Shown here piece after piece: positions 9,973-23,100 of a stretch of 64,000 nt of DNA (the stretch's first letter is position 1; the number at the start of each line of letters is the position of its first letter). The notes below the pieces were generated by a model. That model was given only the letters and a program-made list of their open reading frames with translations. It was not told where the DNA came from and ran no database searches. Location: NCBI RefSeq assembly GCF_018977255.1, contig NW_024704749.1:16740001-16804000 (forward strand), written 5' to 3'. Made by a program: the position numbers and the translations under genes. This DNA is from Callorhinchus milii (taxonomy: Eukaryota).

Positions 9973-12714
9973 AAGAATAAATATTTCAGTCAATTTATCT
10001 CACGAAAGACGCCCCAACAAACAAACTCTTGGGGGGAGGTGTGTGGAAAAATCCGCAATCCTTATGAACGCAACACTGCTTCAAGTCCCTTAACAAAATA
10101 TTATATATCCCAAGTGTTAAATTGACTGCTTTAGTGCCATTAACTATGAACTATTGTTTCCGCCGCGAAGAAATATAGAATTTAAAACGGATTGGCTGGT
10201 ACTGTTTTGGCTCCCAACACTTTTAAAATAAAGTGGTATTTTTTTTCAAACAAAATTAATAACACCCTTTTTAATTCGGATGTACGATTGGAAAGCTTTA
10301 TTGTCCTCCTGGTCCTTTTCTACCTTGAATTCTAAGGGGAGAATATAATCGCCATTACACATACACAGACATAGATGTGTACGTATGTGGACACACGTTT
10401 GTGTATATTTGTATGGAATCCAATATAGGTTTCTAACGTGAGAATGGAATCGCACCCGAGCTCCGGGCCATGAGAGCACCGGAGCACTTGAGGATGAAGG
10501 TGAAGATGATCAATATTGCAACCCAGAAGAAGACAGGTGCCCGTCTTACAGTGGTACCTAATGGTGTCGAGGCGTGGGATAACGCTGAGATAGATGTCTG
10601 TGGAGCTGAAGGCTAAAGAGAAGCAACAGCCATCAGCAAACAGGCGGTCGACTTGCAACCATCTCAACGCCGAGAGGTGGGGAGGGAGGGGGAACCTACA
10701 CAACATTACGCATTCACTCCGCCTTTAATATTTAGGTTCGAACACAATTGAGGAGATCTGTCACTAAGACAACTGATGAAGCGGTTTGTGTGACACACAC
10801 ACACACACACACACATACACACACACCTCAACCGCCCAAAACCACACCGTCAGCTGTTTGCTGAAGATGTTATGTGAGGGCCAGGGATTCGTTCATTTGC
10901 ATCAGGCAGTAATAAATAAATCCCCCCCCCCCCAAAAAAAAAATAAACAAAAAATACGGTAATGCAGAATCACACGTAATTTGTTATCGTGTGGGTTTCA
11001 GCCCCAATATTAACCGATTAACCAAACCCCACACCCTCCAATTAAAAGGGGAAAAAAAGGCTGAATATTTAAATATTTGACACCACATCCAAAAAAAAAG
11101 GCTTCAGTAATGGAAAACGTAACTCTCTTTTCGGATGGAATTTCTGTATTTCTGTTTTTTTTAAAATATATATATATATATATATATCAGGTTCTCAATC
11201 TTTATTTTTCGATAGTGTTACAGTCGGTATAAACCGCACTGAATGTTTTATACCCGCCCCCACCCCTCGAATTACACCGAAAAGTACAGTTCAAGTGAGA
11301 CTTTTACAATTTAGTTATAAATACATCGAAATTGTGTTGAACGAAATATATAAGTGTTTATTGATAATGGTTATTAAGTGTAAATGCGCCGACAATTTTT
11401 TAAAGATATATATATAGTATAACTGACCAACATATATATATCTATACATATATATATCGTTATAAAATGTCGGTGCAGTTATACTTAAATTCTAAAAGTA
11501 TAAATATATACATATATTATTTTTTTAAAAAGAATTTAATGAAACAGGCAGAGTGGGTATGTCCGCCTTACTTGTCAACACCAGTGAGCAACAACACGTT
11601 CACAACTCAGTTCTGTCTATGCTCCTCCTGTAGTTTTGTGTTCTACAGAACAAATTGTGTATAAATGTGCTGTACATGTAGTTCCTTCACGAACACACTC
11701 TCTCTCACACACACACAAACAATTACAGGGCAAACGAGCGGCGAATTAGATATACTTTCAGCAACTGCACAGCACAGCACAGCACAGGGGTAGAAGTGTA
11801 CAGATCGCTGCCTTCTGTGTTTATGTTAAAATTTACGTTAAAAAGAAATGTGAAATTCACTTATCAGCACTCCCCCCCCCCCCCCCTCCGGTAGCCTATG
11901 TGTTCAGGGTGTTAATAGACTGGCTTGCATAAAAGGGACACAAACATATTTTATTTATTTTTTTAAAAAAAGCCGAGCAGTTGGCCAGAAATTGATGTTC
12001 GTAAAGCAGCGTTTGCGCGTGCAATTGCGACGAGCGTCCTGAAATGCGAATGGTCTGACCGCCCGCTTTTCCAGCAGCACCGACGCACGGGTGTGCTTTG
12101 GGGAGCGCTAAAGTCGGAACCAGGTTCATTTGCGCCTTGTGTGGGGACTAAAGAAGAAAGGGCCACAGGACATATGTCAGTCTGTAACCGTTCGTATGTC
12201 CCTAATCCGCTGCCTGTGTCTCTGAGCTCTAATCCCGTGCATTACGGAGATAAAAGCCTAATACTAAAAGGGAACAACAACAACGAAATCACGAAGGCGA
12301 ATGATGGTACCCCCCCACCCCCCCCCCCCCCCCCCCCCCCCCCCCCACCACCACCCACCACCAGTTTCCAGTTTCCAGTAAAGTTAAAATCACATTGATA
12401 ACACAGAGGAAGAATTTCCCCCACTCCCCTCCACCCCCCCCCCCCCCCCCACTCCCCCCTGTGTTATAAATGCGGCCGAAGAGATTGGAAATAAAACGCC
12501 TCGTCCCATCCATTTTAAGAGTTAGGCTGAAGACTCTCGCCACTCCCATCGTCGCTTGGATATCGAGGGAGGGAACTTAATAATAACTTGAAGAGAGAGG
12601 AAAGAGCAGACATCTTGAGAGAGAGAGAGAGAGAGAGAGAAAATGTTTAGCAGATGTGGTGCATGTGGGACAGGACTTGTGACATACTCAGTGGCACACA
12701 TACACCCACACACA

Positions 12715-12746
<32 letters not shown>

Positions 12747-13088
12747 GGGGTAGCTAACCATTTCTGGCAATGAGCTTGCAATATAATAACCTTACACAGC
12801 AATCATCTGGGTTACTAAATGCAATTGTTTTGCAAAGGATTTGTAACAGAAACGGCTGGTAATTAAATAATCGGTTGGGCCAAACCAGTGCTGGATGCTA
12901 TCTCTCTCTCTCACTCTCTCTGCTTTTGATGGAAAATCCTTTATTTTCTTGTAATCATTGGCTGTCTTTTAAACATAAGAACATAACGCAAGAATTTGCT
13001 CGGCGAGAGATGACCAGGCGATGGGACGAGGCGTTTTATTTCCAGTCCCTTTGGCTTCAGCGCCCGTCGCATCCACATGTCCCAAACT

Positions 13089-13119
<31 letters not shown>

Positions 13120-13405
13120 CCCGAGATATCAATTCCTAACAGGAATTTGTGCTTGAAAAAAATCGACACTTTCTGCTCCCACCGTCTCCCCCAACGGGAA
13201 CCAGTTCCATGCATTTAGGACTCACTCACTGAAGCAGTATTTGCGCGGATTTGTTCTGAATTTGTGTCCTGCAATTGAGTGTAAATTCAGCACAAATCTT
13301 TAAAGATTTAATTCTAAGAAAGTCTCTTTATATATATATGTAATATAACCAGGGTCTAGAGGTAGAGGGTGAGCTGTCAGCTCCATTTACTCTCCCCTCT
13401 CTCTC

Positions 13406-13439
<34 letters not shown>

Positions 13440-13556
13440 TACACTTGCAATGAAAGACAGAGAACAGTTACAGGGTTATACAGCTTTTTGGGGGGCAGAG
13501 AGATGGGGTGGGGGGTGGGGAGGTTGCTATCAGGCTTAGGCTGTGTGGTCGCATAC

Positions 13557-13653
13557 CTTTACTCAGATCCCCGTTCTGTGTCAGTAAAGCGAGCAGCAGC
13601 ACATCCGTATCTGAATTCTCTTTGGCTCCGTTCAGTTGCTTAAGAGTGTCCAT
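13557..13653 (-). CDS. lhx3: LHX3 alternative first exon 1b (MDTLKQLNGAKENSDTDVLLLALLTQNGDLSK)
   Basis: The D-x-LLLALL...DL motif resembles the mammalian LHX3b N-terminus. Donor G|gtatgc is in phase 1, matching exon 2. A second in-frame ATG lies at 13666-13668. Confidence 0.85.
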
Positions 13654-13704
13654 CTTGCATTGCACCATTGATTGTGTGTGTGTGTAAAAAAAGAGCAACG
13701 GCGA

Positions 13705-14300
13705 CCTGCCAGCCTGCCAGCCTTCCTGCCTGCCAGCCTGCCTGCCTGCCAGCCTGCCAGCCTACAGAAAGCACCGTCCTCCCTCTCTGCTTCACCACTT
13801 AACTTTTCAACCACTGCTGCTCCTGCCCCTTCCATTGGTGAGAGGCGGCCCTGCCACACATGCTCAGCTCAGAGAGACTGCTCGCCCAGCACAGCACACC
13901 CCCAGCACAGCCCAGCACAGCTGAGCACGGCATAGACCAGCACAGCTGAGCACAGCACAGCATAGACCAGCACAGCTGAGCACAGCACAGCACACCCCCA
14001 GCACAGCACAGCATAGCACAGCCCAGTGCAGGCCCACACAGCTGAGCACAGCACAGCATAGACCAGCAAGGCATAGCACAGCCCAGCCCAGTACAGGCCC
14101 ACCCAGCACAGCACAGCATAGACCAGCACAGCTGAGCACAGTACAGCACACCCCCAGCACAGCACAGCATAGCACAGCCCAGTACAGGCCCACACAGCCC
14201 AGCACAGCACAGCATAGACCAGCCCCACGCAGCCCAGCACAGCTTAGCACAGCCCAGTCCAGCCCCGCACATCACAGCACAGCCCCGCACAGCACAGAAC
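13705..14300. repeat. (CCTG/CCAG)n at 13705-13763 and a CAGCA-pentamer higher-order repeat at 13885-14300
   Basis: Read directly from the sequence. Confidence 0.9.
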
Positions 14301-15549
14301 AGTCCATAATAGCCCAATACAGCCAGGGCTCAGGGTGTCACTGATACTTACACAGTAAGAGGGGAGTCAGTGTACAGAGCGAAGCTGCCAACACACACAA
14401 ACACCCCCACACAACACAGACACACACACACACAGCAGTAACCCTAGTGACTAAAGTCTACAATAAAGAAGATGAACAACATGTGTCACACACACACACA
14501 CACACACACATACACACACAGCGAGAACCGACTGACGGGAACTGAGGCTTATAATTCAGTGATACTGTCACGAAACCGCAGTGGTTTTTTTTCCTGCTTC
14601 AAATCTAGATTTCTCTCCGATTTCAAGAATAACACTGCTGGAGAACGTGAGAGGTTTCGTTAACGGGTAATCCGTTGATTCTCGCCTTGCACCTAAAGTA
14701 ACTGAGCAAAGATTACTCCAGGTCAATATTCTTCTAATATTATATGGAATTATGTCGGATACATATATCAATCCATCTAACGTGCGGCTGTGTGTATAAT
14801 ATCCGCTACATGATAGGCAATTAACCCATATAATATCAGATCCATACACACATATATATATACTATACATAATATTAGAAGGATATTTTAGCTGTTTTAT
14901 TCTCAGTTACTTTAGAATACATACGAGAGAGAGAGAGAGAGAGAGAATATACTCGCGCGTGTGTAATGTGTGTGGTTGTATCACCATTCTGTGCTCCACA
15001 GAGGTGTATTTGTTAGCAATATAAACCCAAAGATAGGGAGGAGGAAAATGTTTGCCTTCCCCACAATGAGAGCATATCCTGTCTCCGCGTCTGAAGTCTG
15101 GAGAGAAAACGAAATGCGATGGACTGTGAGCGAACCGCAGTGTATAAAAACATCATTGGGTTTCAGCACTTATTAGGGGCAGTGAGAGTCAGGTACAGCT
15201 TCTCCCCTTTTGTGACAGTCTTTGCGTTAACTCCTCTCACCACTCCGAAACGAACATTTATTTCCCTTGACCTGGATTTGGATCACACGATTACAAGACC
15301 AACACGTATGTTGGAAATAACCTGATTTCTTTGAGGGAGAGGGGAGAGGGGGGAGAGGGGGGAGAGGTACATCTGCTTATTAAAGCCCTAACGCAATATA
15401 AAACCAATCTCATCTGCAGTTGGATGTTCGGTGGGCAACTTAATATTAAACAGTGTTCTCAGTGTCCGGCGGCTGCGGGTTGTGTTTTCCTCAGTAAAGC
15501 GCGTTTTCGAGTTCGTTCACACGTTGAATGTGAAAAGGGTTGACGGTGG

Positions 15550-15702
15550 ATTACAGTCGATCCACTTCACTTTGGCAGTATGTCCCGTGCAGCGCTCTGA
15601 GGCGCCTCAGCGACGCGATGGTAAGGCGCTGTATCAAATGCAAGGATTATTATCAATATTATTAATATTATTATTCTTATTCTTCTTATTATTATTATTA
15701 TT
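15550..15702 (+). mobile_element. SINE tail with expanded (ATT)n
   Basis: tacagtcgatccacttcac...aaggcgctgtatcaaatgcaaggattatt. Confidence 0.7.
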
Positions 15703-15929
15703 ATCAGCAGCAGCAGCTCCGTTAGGTTTCACCAGTCGCACGGCCTGACTCGTGGACCGCTCTGTGCGCGAAGAGGCCAAGAAAGTTGTGGTGAAACCCA
15801 TCTCTTAAGCTTCATCCACTCACCGACCCATTTTTATTGATCCGAGCGCCACATCAGCCGTCATTAACATTCCGCTCCCGTTCAAATATATTCCCTGCAT
15901 TCTTTAGAGAGAGAAAAACATGATGTCCT

Positions 15930-16214
15930 NNNNNNNNNNNNNNNNNNNNNNNNNNNNNNNNNNNNNNNNNNNNNNNNNNNNNNNNNNNNNNNNNNNNNNN
16001 NNNNNNNNNNNNNNNNNNNNNNNNNNNNNNNNNNNNNNNNNNNNNNNNNNNNNNNNNNNNNNNNNNNNNNNNNNNNNNNNNNNNNNNNNNNNNNNNNNNN
16101 NNNNNNNNNNNNNNNNNNNNNNNNNNNNNNNNNNNNNNNNNNNNNNNNNNNNNNNNNNNNNNNNNNNNNNNNNNNNNNNNNNNNNNNNNNNNNNNNNNNN
16201 NNNNNNNNNNNNNN
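15930..16214. other. Assembly gap
   Basis: Run of N. Confidence 1.
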
Positions 16215-16413
16215 CTCTCCATCTATCTCTCCATCTATCTGTCCATCTATCTGTCCATCTATCTATCCATCTATCTATCCATCTATCTATCCATCTATCT
16301 ATCCATCTATCTGTCCATCTATCTCTCCATCTATCTCTCCATCTATCTGTCCATCTATCTCTCCATCTATCTCTCCATCTATCTCTCCATCTATCTCTCC
16401 ATCTATCTGTCCA
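16215..16413. repeat. 12-bp minisatellite (CTCCATCTATCT)n at a gap edge
   Basis: Read directly from the sequence. Confidence 0.92.
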
Positions 16414-16429
16414 TTTACAACAGTGAATG

Positions 16430-16460
<31 letters not shown>

Positions 16461-16936
16461 GAGCCACAATCCCTTTAGGACCCCGGAGAGCTCATTTATT
16501 TACTGGTGGTTGTAAATTCACTTCAAGTCCCACAGAGAGCGATTCGTTACGCCGTCCCATCCCATTAACACCCGGACCACACGCTTCGCACTCAGACGCT
16601 CGCCGTCACTCACCTGTATTTCTATTTATCAGAAAGAAAAGGGAGTGTGTGTGGGAGGGTTTTTTTTGGAAAAAAAAGGGCGACCTGTCCCCCATCCACC
16701 GACTCCTTGCGTCAACTGTTTACTTTGGGGAAACATATAGGGCGGCTCAATAAAACCCTAAGTCAGGTAACACCCTGATAAATGTTATTGACACTGATCT
16801 TTAAAGCCAAACTGTGTCTGGGGAAATCAAGCCTAGTGCTGAAGCCCACCGTATCTCCTGATGAATTCAAAATCAATGTCCCATTTGGTTCCATTTTCAG
16901 AGTATATGAAAGAGATTTGGTGAAAGGTGCCTTTCG

Positions 16937-17033
16937 TCTTCTTCTTCTGCTTCTTCTTCTTCTTCTTCTTCTTCTTCTTCTTCTTCTTCTTCTTCTTCTT
17001 CTTCTTCTTCTGCTGCTGCTTCTTCTTCTTCTT
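16937..17033. repeat. (CTT)n/(GAA)n triplet repeat of about 30 units with CTG interruptions
   Basis: Read directly from the sequence. Confidence 0.92.
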
Positions 17034-17809
17034 CCGGGCGATGCGATTACCAACTTTCAAGCTGAAATAATATTTTTTTTTCTTCCCCCCCCCCCCCCTC
17101 CCTATTGATCGCTGGCCTCGAAGGGACGGACTGTGCTGAATTGCCAGCAATATCAGCGAGACCGACTTGTGGTCTGGCTCAGGGTTAGGTCAATGCTTTC
17201 TACACCCGAACTGCTGCTGTTGGCCCCCATAAGTGTGCGGATAGCGAGAACACAAACAGGGGGGAATTAATCAGACAGCTCTCTGCTGGTCGGCAATACA
17301 GCCAAGCGCTCTGGATCCAATATACCGGTGATTTGGATGATTGAGGGAATATTCCAACACCAGATATATATACGTATTTAGCAAACCTTACACACACACA
17401 CACACACACACACAAGATAAGAGCAATGTGTTATAACACAGGGAGTGTTGCCAAACAATGCGCTTTTTTAAAAAAAAGACTCAAGGAGGTGCTGAGCTGA
17501 AGGATTGGAGATATTTCTTTCTCGCAGTGCTCAGGGGCGAAGAAAGCTCAGGGACAGGACAGTATGTTCACATGGATTCTCGAAGTATGAACTACTCGAA
17601 CCCCAAAAGAAACAGAGGGGAGCAATGTTGGCAATGATTTCTCGTCGGGCAATTTGCACGTTGTTATTCTATATTCCCTTCTGCATTTAGTGAGTAACCA
17701 ACCGCCTGGTTCCCTGCCTTAATGTTAATTAACCTTGTTGATGACCGGTGCTACTGAATGTATATATTCTCTGACAGACTCTATCTCTTCCTTCGATGCT
17801 GCTTTTATC

Positions 17810-17930
17810 CGTTTCGCCCACAAGTAGTCGACTTACTTGACAGTACATCATGTGAAGCGCTTTGGGTATTTAAACGACCCGACAAAGGCGCTCTATCAAA
17901 TGCAAAGATTATTATTATTATTATTATTAC
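17810..17930 (+). mobile_element. SINE tail
   Basis: cgtttcgcccacaag...gtgaagcgctttggg...aaatgcaaagattatt. Confidence 0.75.
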
Positions 17931-19058
17931 TACAAAAGGTGAAAAAAAATGCGATGTTTCCCAACGAATTCGAAACGTCGCATTTCAACCTGAGCTACAA
18001 AAAAAAAAGCGACTGAAATCCAACCGTGTCCTCATGCAAGAAGCTCTTTCACCTCAAAAAAAACCCCACAACCAACAGCGGAATGTGGGGATGTAGTGGA
18101 TTCTAAAATGATTTTAGTTTGTATTTGTTTTTAAAAACAAACACACACACACACACACACACATATACAATATTTCGCGATGGACTGGGGACTGGGGAAA
18201 TGGTAACTGCTGTGTGTTTGGATGAGTTGACTCTTGTGGGCAAACTGGAAGTTATTACAGACATACAAGTGGAAAGTGACTGACTGACTGTGAGGTTGGA
18301 TTGGGAAGTGGGGGGAGCACCGAGTGGTTTAAACACGCCAGTGTTGCTGGGAGGAGAGGATGCTTTACTGAAGGTGCTGCAGAGTTGAGGGTCAGGGTTC
18401 CTATTTCCACAAATACACCAATTTGGGTAACCCCCCCACCCCCCACGCGTGTTTGAGGTTGTTTTTATTCGTGTACGTCTTGTGGGGCAGTCAGTTAACC
18501 GGGGTCCACGAGTTATAGGACTCCTTAACCCAACGTGGCGCAAAGGGATCGGTTTCCAGTCCAAATCAAACCCAGACTTGTTGCTTGCGCTATAGCGCGT
18601 CTCACCGGGACGGGTAAGAGCAGAGAAGCTCCGAACACTTGATGATCTTTGAACGGATTTGAAGTGGACCGAGGGCGGGTTAGGCTCGGGCTCCAACACT
18701 GAGTTTAAAAAAAAAAGGAGGTGGGGAGGGGTGGTCGGTCGTGATGTGATGTGATGAGATGATGTGAACTGCGCTACAGTCCAAGGACAAAGGCAATATC
18801 TCTCTGTCTCTCTCTGACACAGACACACACACACACACACACAGAGAGCAAAGACAACACAGCCCCAGAGCGTTGAGACATCATCACACCTGTCCCTGGT
18901 ACCCACACCAGCTCTGCCCCAGACAATATCTGCTGCTGCTTGAGTTTTTTTTTAAAAAAATTTTGTTTTCCTTTTAAGAGCTTAAGGCTGAAAGAGAACT
19001 GGGGCGAGGGAGAGACGGTTGGTTCGACTCTGCACTCGGATGGGGTAGAGACAGAGAC

Positions 19059-19093
<35 letters not shown>

Positions 19094-20054
19094 TGTTGGT
19101 GGGGAACTGCTATGATGACAACAACCCAACGAATTGCTGTATTGACGGCACAGACCAGACACGCGCTTTACATCTGTTGATAGAATTTCCTAACAATGAA
19201 AACCTCATTACAAATTCATAACGTGCGCCGCTCTCCAGCGACAGAAGGGAAGAAGGTTAAAGTTACCATTTAAGCTTTTTTTTTAAAAAAAAACAAATCC
19301 TCGCTTTCACCTGCATCGGGACACATTTGGATGGTGGGGGGGGGGGAATACACTGACAAACAAGAAACAATGACATCTATTCACCAGCCCACCTCCAAAA
19401 AAATACACACAGCAACGCCTTATTTTATGTATATTTAAAAATGCAACGAAATATACATGTAAACAATACGCCTCATTACGTATTCGCACCGAATGTTTGT
19501 GAGAAGCGACAGAAGGTGTTAAATGTTGTCTCGGATGACAATGAGCGCTGTTTTTTTTTAATACGTAGTGCTGTTGACTGGTACAGTAACGATTCTGAAA
19601 CCCTTTGCTTTGGGGGGAAAAAAAACACACAGCACAGAAATGCAGGGAATCGCTCACCCCGACCCCCCTACGCCCCCCACCCATGGGTACCCAGATATCA
19701 ATTGCTATATGTTTTTTTTAAAAAAAACTCTAATGCCGGTGCACGTTATAGACTGATAGAGCCGGTGTTTCAAATGGAGAGCAATTTTCTGCCAAATTAT
19801 GCGTTGATAAAAGAAGCAGGGGTGGGTGTGTAGTGTGTGTGGGTGGGTGTTGGGGTTGGGGGGGGTGGGTGGTGTGGGGGAGGGTTAGAGGAGCGTGAAA
19901 TTATAACGATTAAGAGAGAGACTTTCTTTTGCAAAGCAGACACATAGAGAGACAGACAGACAGACTGACAGACAGACAGACTGACAGACACAGACGCAAT
20001 AAACTAACTCGAAGCGGTCAGGACAAACAGGTGAAGAAGGAAAGCATTGCTTAC

Positions 20055-20127
20055 CTGCATTGCTGTTGAAGCGTGAACGGTCTATAGGTTTTGTGCAGGT
20101 AGTGTTTCCAGGGTGTTCCAGCAACAT
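20055..20127 (-). CDS. lhx3: LHX3 alternative first exon 1a (MLLEHPGNTTCTKPIDRSRFNSNA)
   Basis: MLLEHPG matches the recalled fish Lhx3 start (LHX3a type, MLLE). Donor CAG|gtaagc is in phase 1. Confidence 0.9.
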
Positions 20128-23100
20128 TATATATGGCTTGGTCCTGAAATTTGTCAGTCAGAAACTATTTGTGTGTGTGTGTGTGTGTGTGCTATATATA
20201 TATATATATATATGGGGTGGGGCTGTAGTCCTTCTTTGAAGATAAAAAGACGGGAGCAGTGCAAACTGCTGGATCTCAACAGAAGCTACTGGTGTTTGTG
20301 ACAGAAGAGGAGCGAATTCCTGGAGTTATACCGTCAGCTGATCCCCCCCCCACCACCCCCCCCACTCCACCACCCCCCCTCAACACAACACAACACAGCA
20401 CAGCCTCTGGGATGTGGCCTTCGTTAGCATAACAACAACTACGCCACAAGCAAAGCTAAACAGGACAAGGTGTGTGTGTGTGAGTGTGAGAGAGAGTGTG
20501 AGTGTCCTCCTGTCCTGACTGCCCAGACGAGCTGATCAGATCAGACTGTGTCGGTCAAACGTCGGTGTTCAAACCCATCTCACAAAGTGCATCTCCCTCC
20601 CTCCCTCTCCCCCTCTCTCTTCCTCCACGTGTTAGCATTTTGCAACCCAGTCATTTCTGAGAGGAGGGGGAGAAGAGAGAGAGAGAGAGGAGGGTGAGGA
20701 CATCAACGCCCCCCCCCCACCCCCAATTGTCTTTATTCAAAACCCATTTCATTAAAGCACACACATGTTTATCAATCGGTTATGGATTTCGTGTGTGTTG
20801 TTGTTTAATGGGGGTTGTGCAAACCCTTTACACCCCCCCTCCCCACCATGTGCTTCACACCCTTGCCCCCCCCCCCCCCAGGGCTCAAACCTTTGCAATA
20901 CATTTTAAATACAATCTTACTTAATACCACAATACTTAACAGTAATAATAATAATAACAATAATAACTTCAATACTACACACACGATCGTGGGGAACCAC
21001 CACCTTTCCAATTCCGATAAATATTTTAACCCTCTCCCCCCCAAAAAAAAATAATAACATAAAATAAAATAACAATTTAACCATTCTCGCGAACTAGTGT
21101 TAAATGCGCGTCAGTCCATAATAATGATAATAATTTATTCGACTCCCAGTCCATTTAATACGCATGAATCCGTTTCTATTCACTGGATACATAGTAAAAT
21201 GCGTGACAGTTCCCAGTTCCCTTCACACACAAAAAAACGTTCATTTCCGACCTTGTTTCTGCTCTTAATATCAGGATTAACGCGGTGCCAGGGAATGAAC
21301 ATTGTGTGTTCGATGTTGACATGCATTTAACTGTGTATTGGTACACAGTGATGCAGTTAAATATAGTGATATGGTTGCATTAAATATGATTTCTCGTCGG
21401 AATATCTACACGGCTGCAGATGGATTTAGAGTGCGCGTTACTGCTCGACATACACTTACACACAACTCCCTCTATTCTGTTCCTGACTTTTCTTGGGTTG
21501 AGTGTTGGGAGAGGGAGGGAGGGGGGGGAGGAAATCATCTTTTTAAACGTTGCTCAGGGAAGGCAGAAGCCTCTGATCTGAGTTTGTGTCTGAACAAAAC
21601 GAGGTGGGGGTGGGTGGGGGGGGTGGGGGTGGGTGGGGTGGGGGGCAAATACAGGAGGAAACCTTCATCCAAATCTAAGGTCTCTCTCTCCGGCCTCTAA
21701 ATGCAAAGGGTAAACTCGTGAAGGATTCCACGTCTCAAGTTAACATTGGGTTGAAATTAACCAGATCCCTGTCCTGACCCCACAGGTAAAGGGTGCAGAC
21801 ACCTTACAGGTAGATCGAGATGTATCTGTTCGATGTAATTCTGTCGATCTATGAATATTTATGCGTCTACCTCCCTCCCCCCCCCCCCCCCCCCAAGCTG
21901 CTAAACCCTTCCTTATCGTTGTATCTCACCTCTCCTGCACGTAGGAATCAAAGCGACTCGTATTATTGTGAATGTACTGCACCGCAAATATTATTAATAT
22001 ATTCCATTCGCGTCCACGCAGCCCAAATACTTAGCTAATGAAATACTTAATTTACATTGTAATGGGACTGTTAACCCCAGTAAAAACCTGCTTAATTATA
22101 GTGTGTTGTGACGGGACCCGGTGGCTTTATAATGCATCAAACATTGTCTGTTTAACCTGTTATCACCCAAGAACTCGTCAGACTGTGCCGCTTGTACACT
22201 GAATGCAACGACAATCTATAAATATTTGTGTGTGGAAATGGCTCTGACTGTGAGGGACTATTAGGGCAAAGACATTTCTGTTCTGCATTTGGTTTGGGTT
22301 TTTTTTTGGCGGGGAAAGGATTTTGTTCACTCTCTCGATGAGATAACGAAGTAAGGACTGATTTAGTGTTTAATGAGGGAGGTTTATATCAACCAGCTGT
22401 GAAGATTCACCAGAGGAAACAAAAGCTTAATGCTGAAACGTAATTAAATCAGGACTGTTGGCTCTTTCTCAAATGCAAACACACAAAACGACACACACAC
22501 ACACACACATCTTAAACAAGCAAATACACACATCTATATATATTTTTATATGCTTATACAAACACAAACACTTACTTATACAACCAAATACATAAATGAA
22601 CATATACAAACATACATGCGCATATACACACATATACAAACACATACATATATACCCAGAAACTCTTTCTCACACACACATATCCATACTCTCCCATATA
22701 CAGACAGACAGAGACAGAAATCCATACATACACACAAACCCAGACATAACATATTATGTGTATATTATATATGTACATGAACAAGAATACCCATTCAACT
22801 GATCAAATACTCTGCGTCAATACAATTTGCTTGAAATGGCACATTTATCCACTTTTGCGCCAGTTAACAATAAATATATTATTGTTGCAACACAACAAAT
22901 CGGTCAGATATGTATGTCGTTATTACAAGAAAATAAACACAAGTAGATTCTGAGATTTGTCCAGGATGTTGCTTATTAAATGTGTAAATGTCAGGATTGG
23001 GAATGTTTGAATATGATGTGAGTTACCGCTGAACTGATATTAAAACCACAAGTTTCCTGATTATTAAAACCACTATCTCAACGTTGTTGCTATAGTGGAG

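Noticed and set aside
13799-14317. Cys-rich ORF resembling a keratin-associated protein or metallothionein
   Set aside because: All three frames are open because of the pentamer repeat, and there is no independent coding signal.
16215-16413. Regular repeat array considered as CRISPR-like
   Set aside because: It is a 12-bp tandem unit with no unique spacers, in a eukaryotic context with no cas genes.
18103-18906. 267-aa minus-strand ORF in lhx3 intron 1
   Set aside because: It runs through microsatellites and probable L2 relic sequence, and has no recognisable domain.
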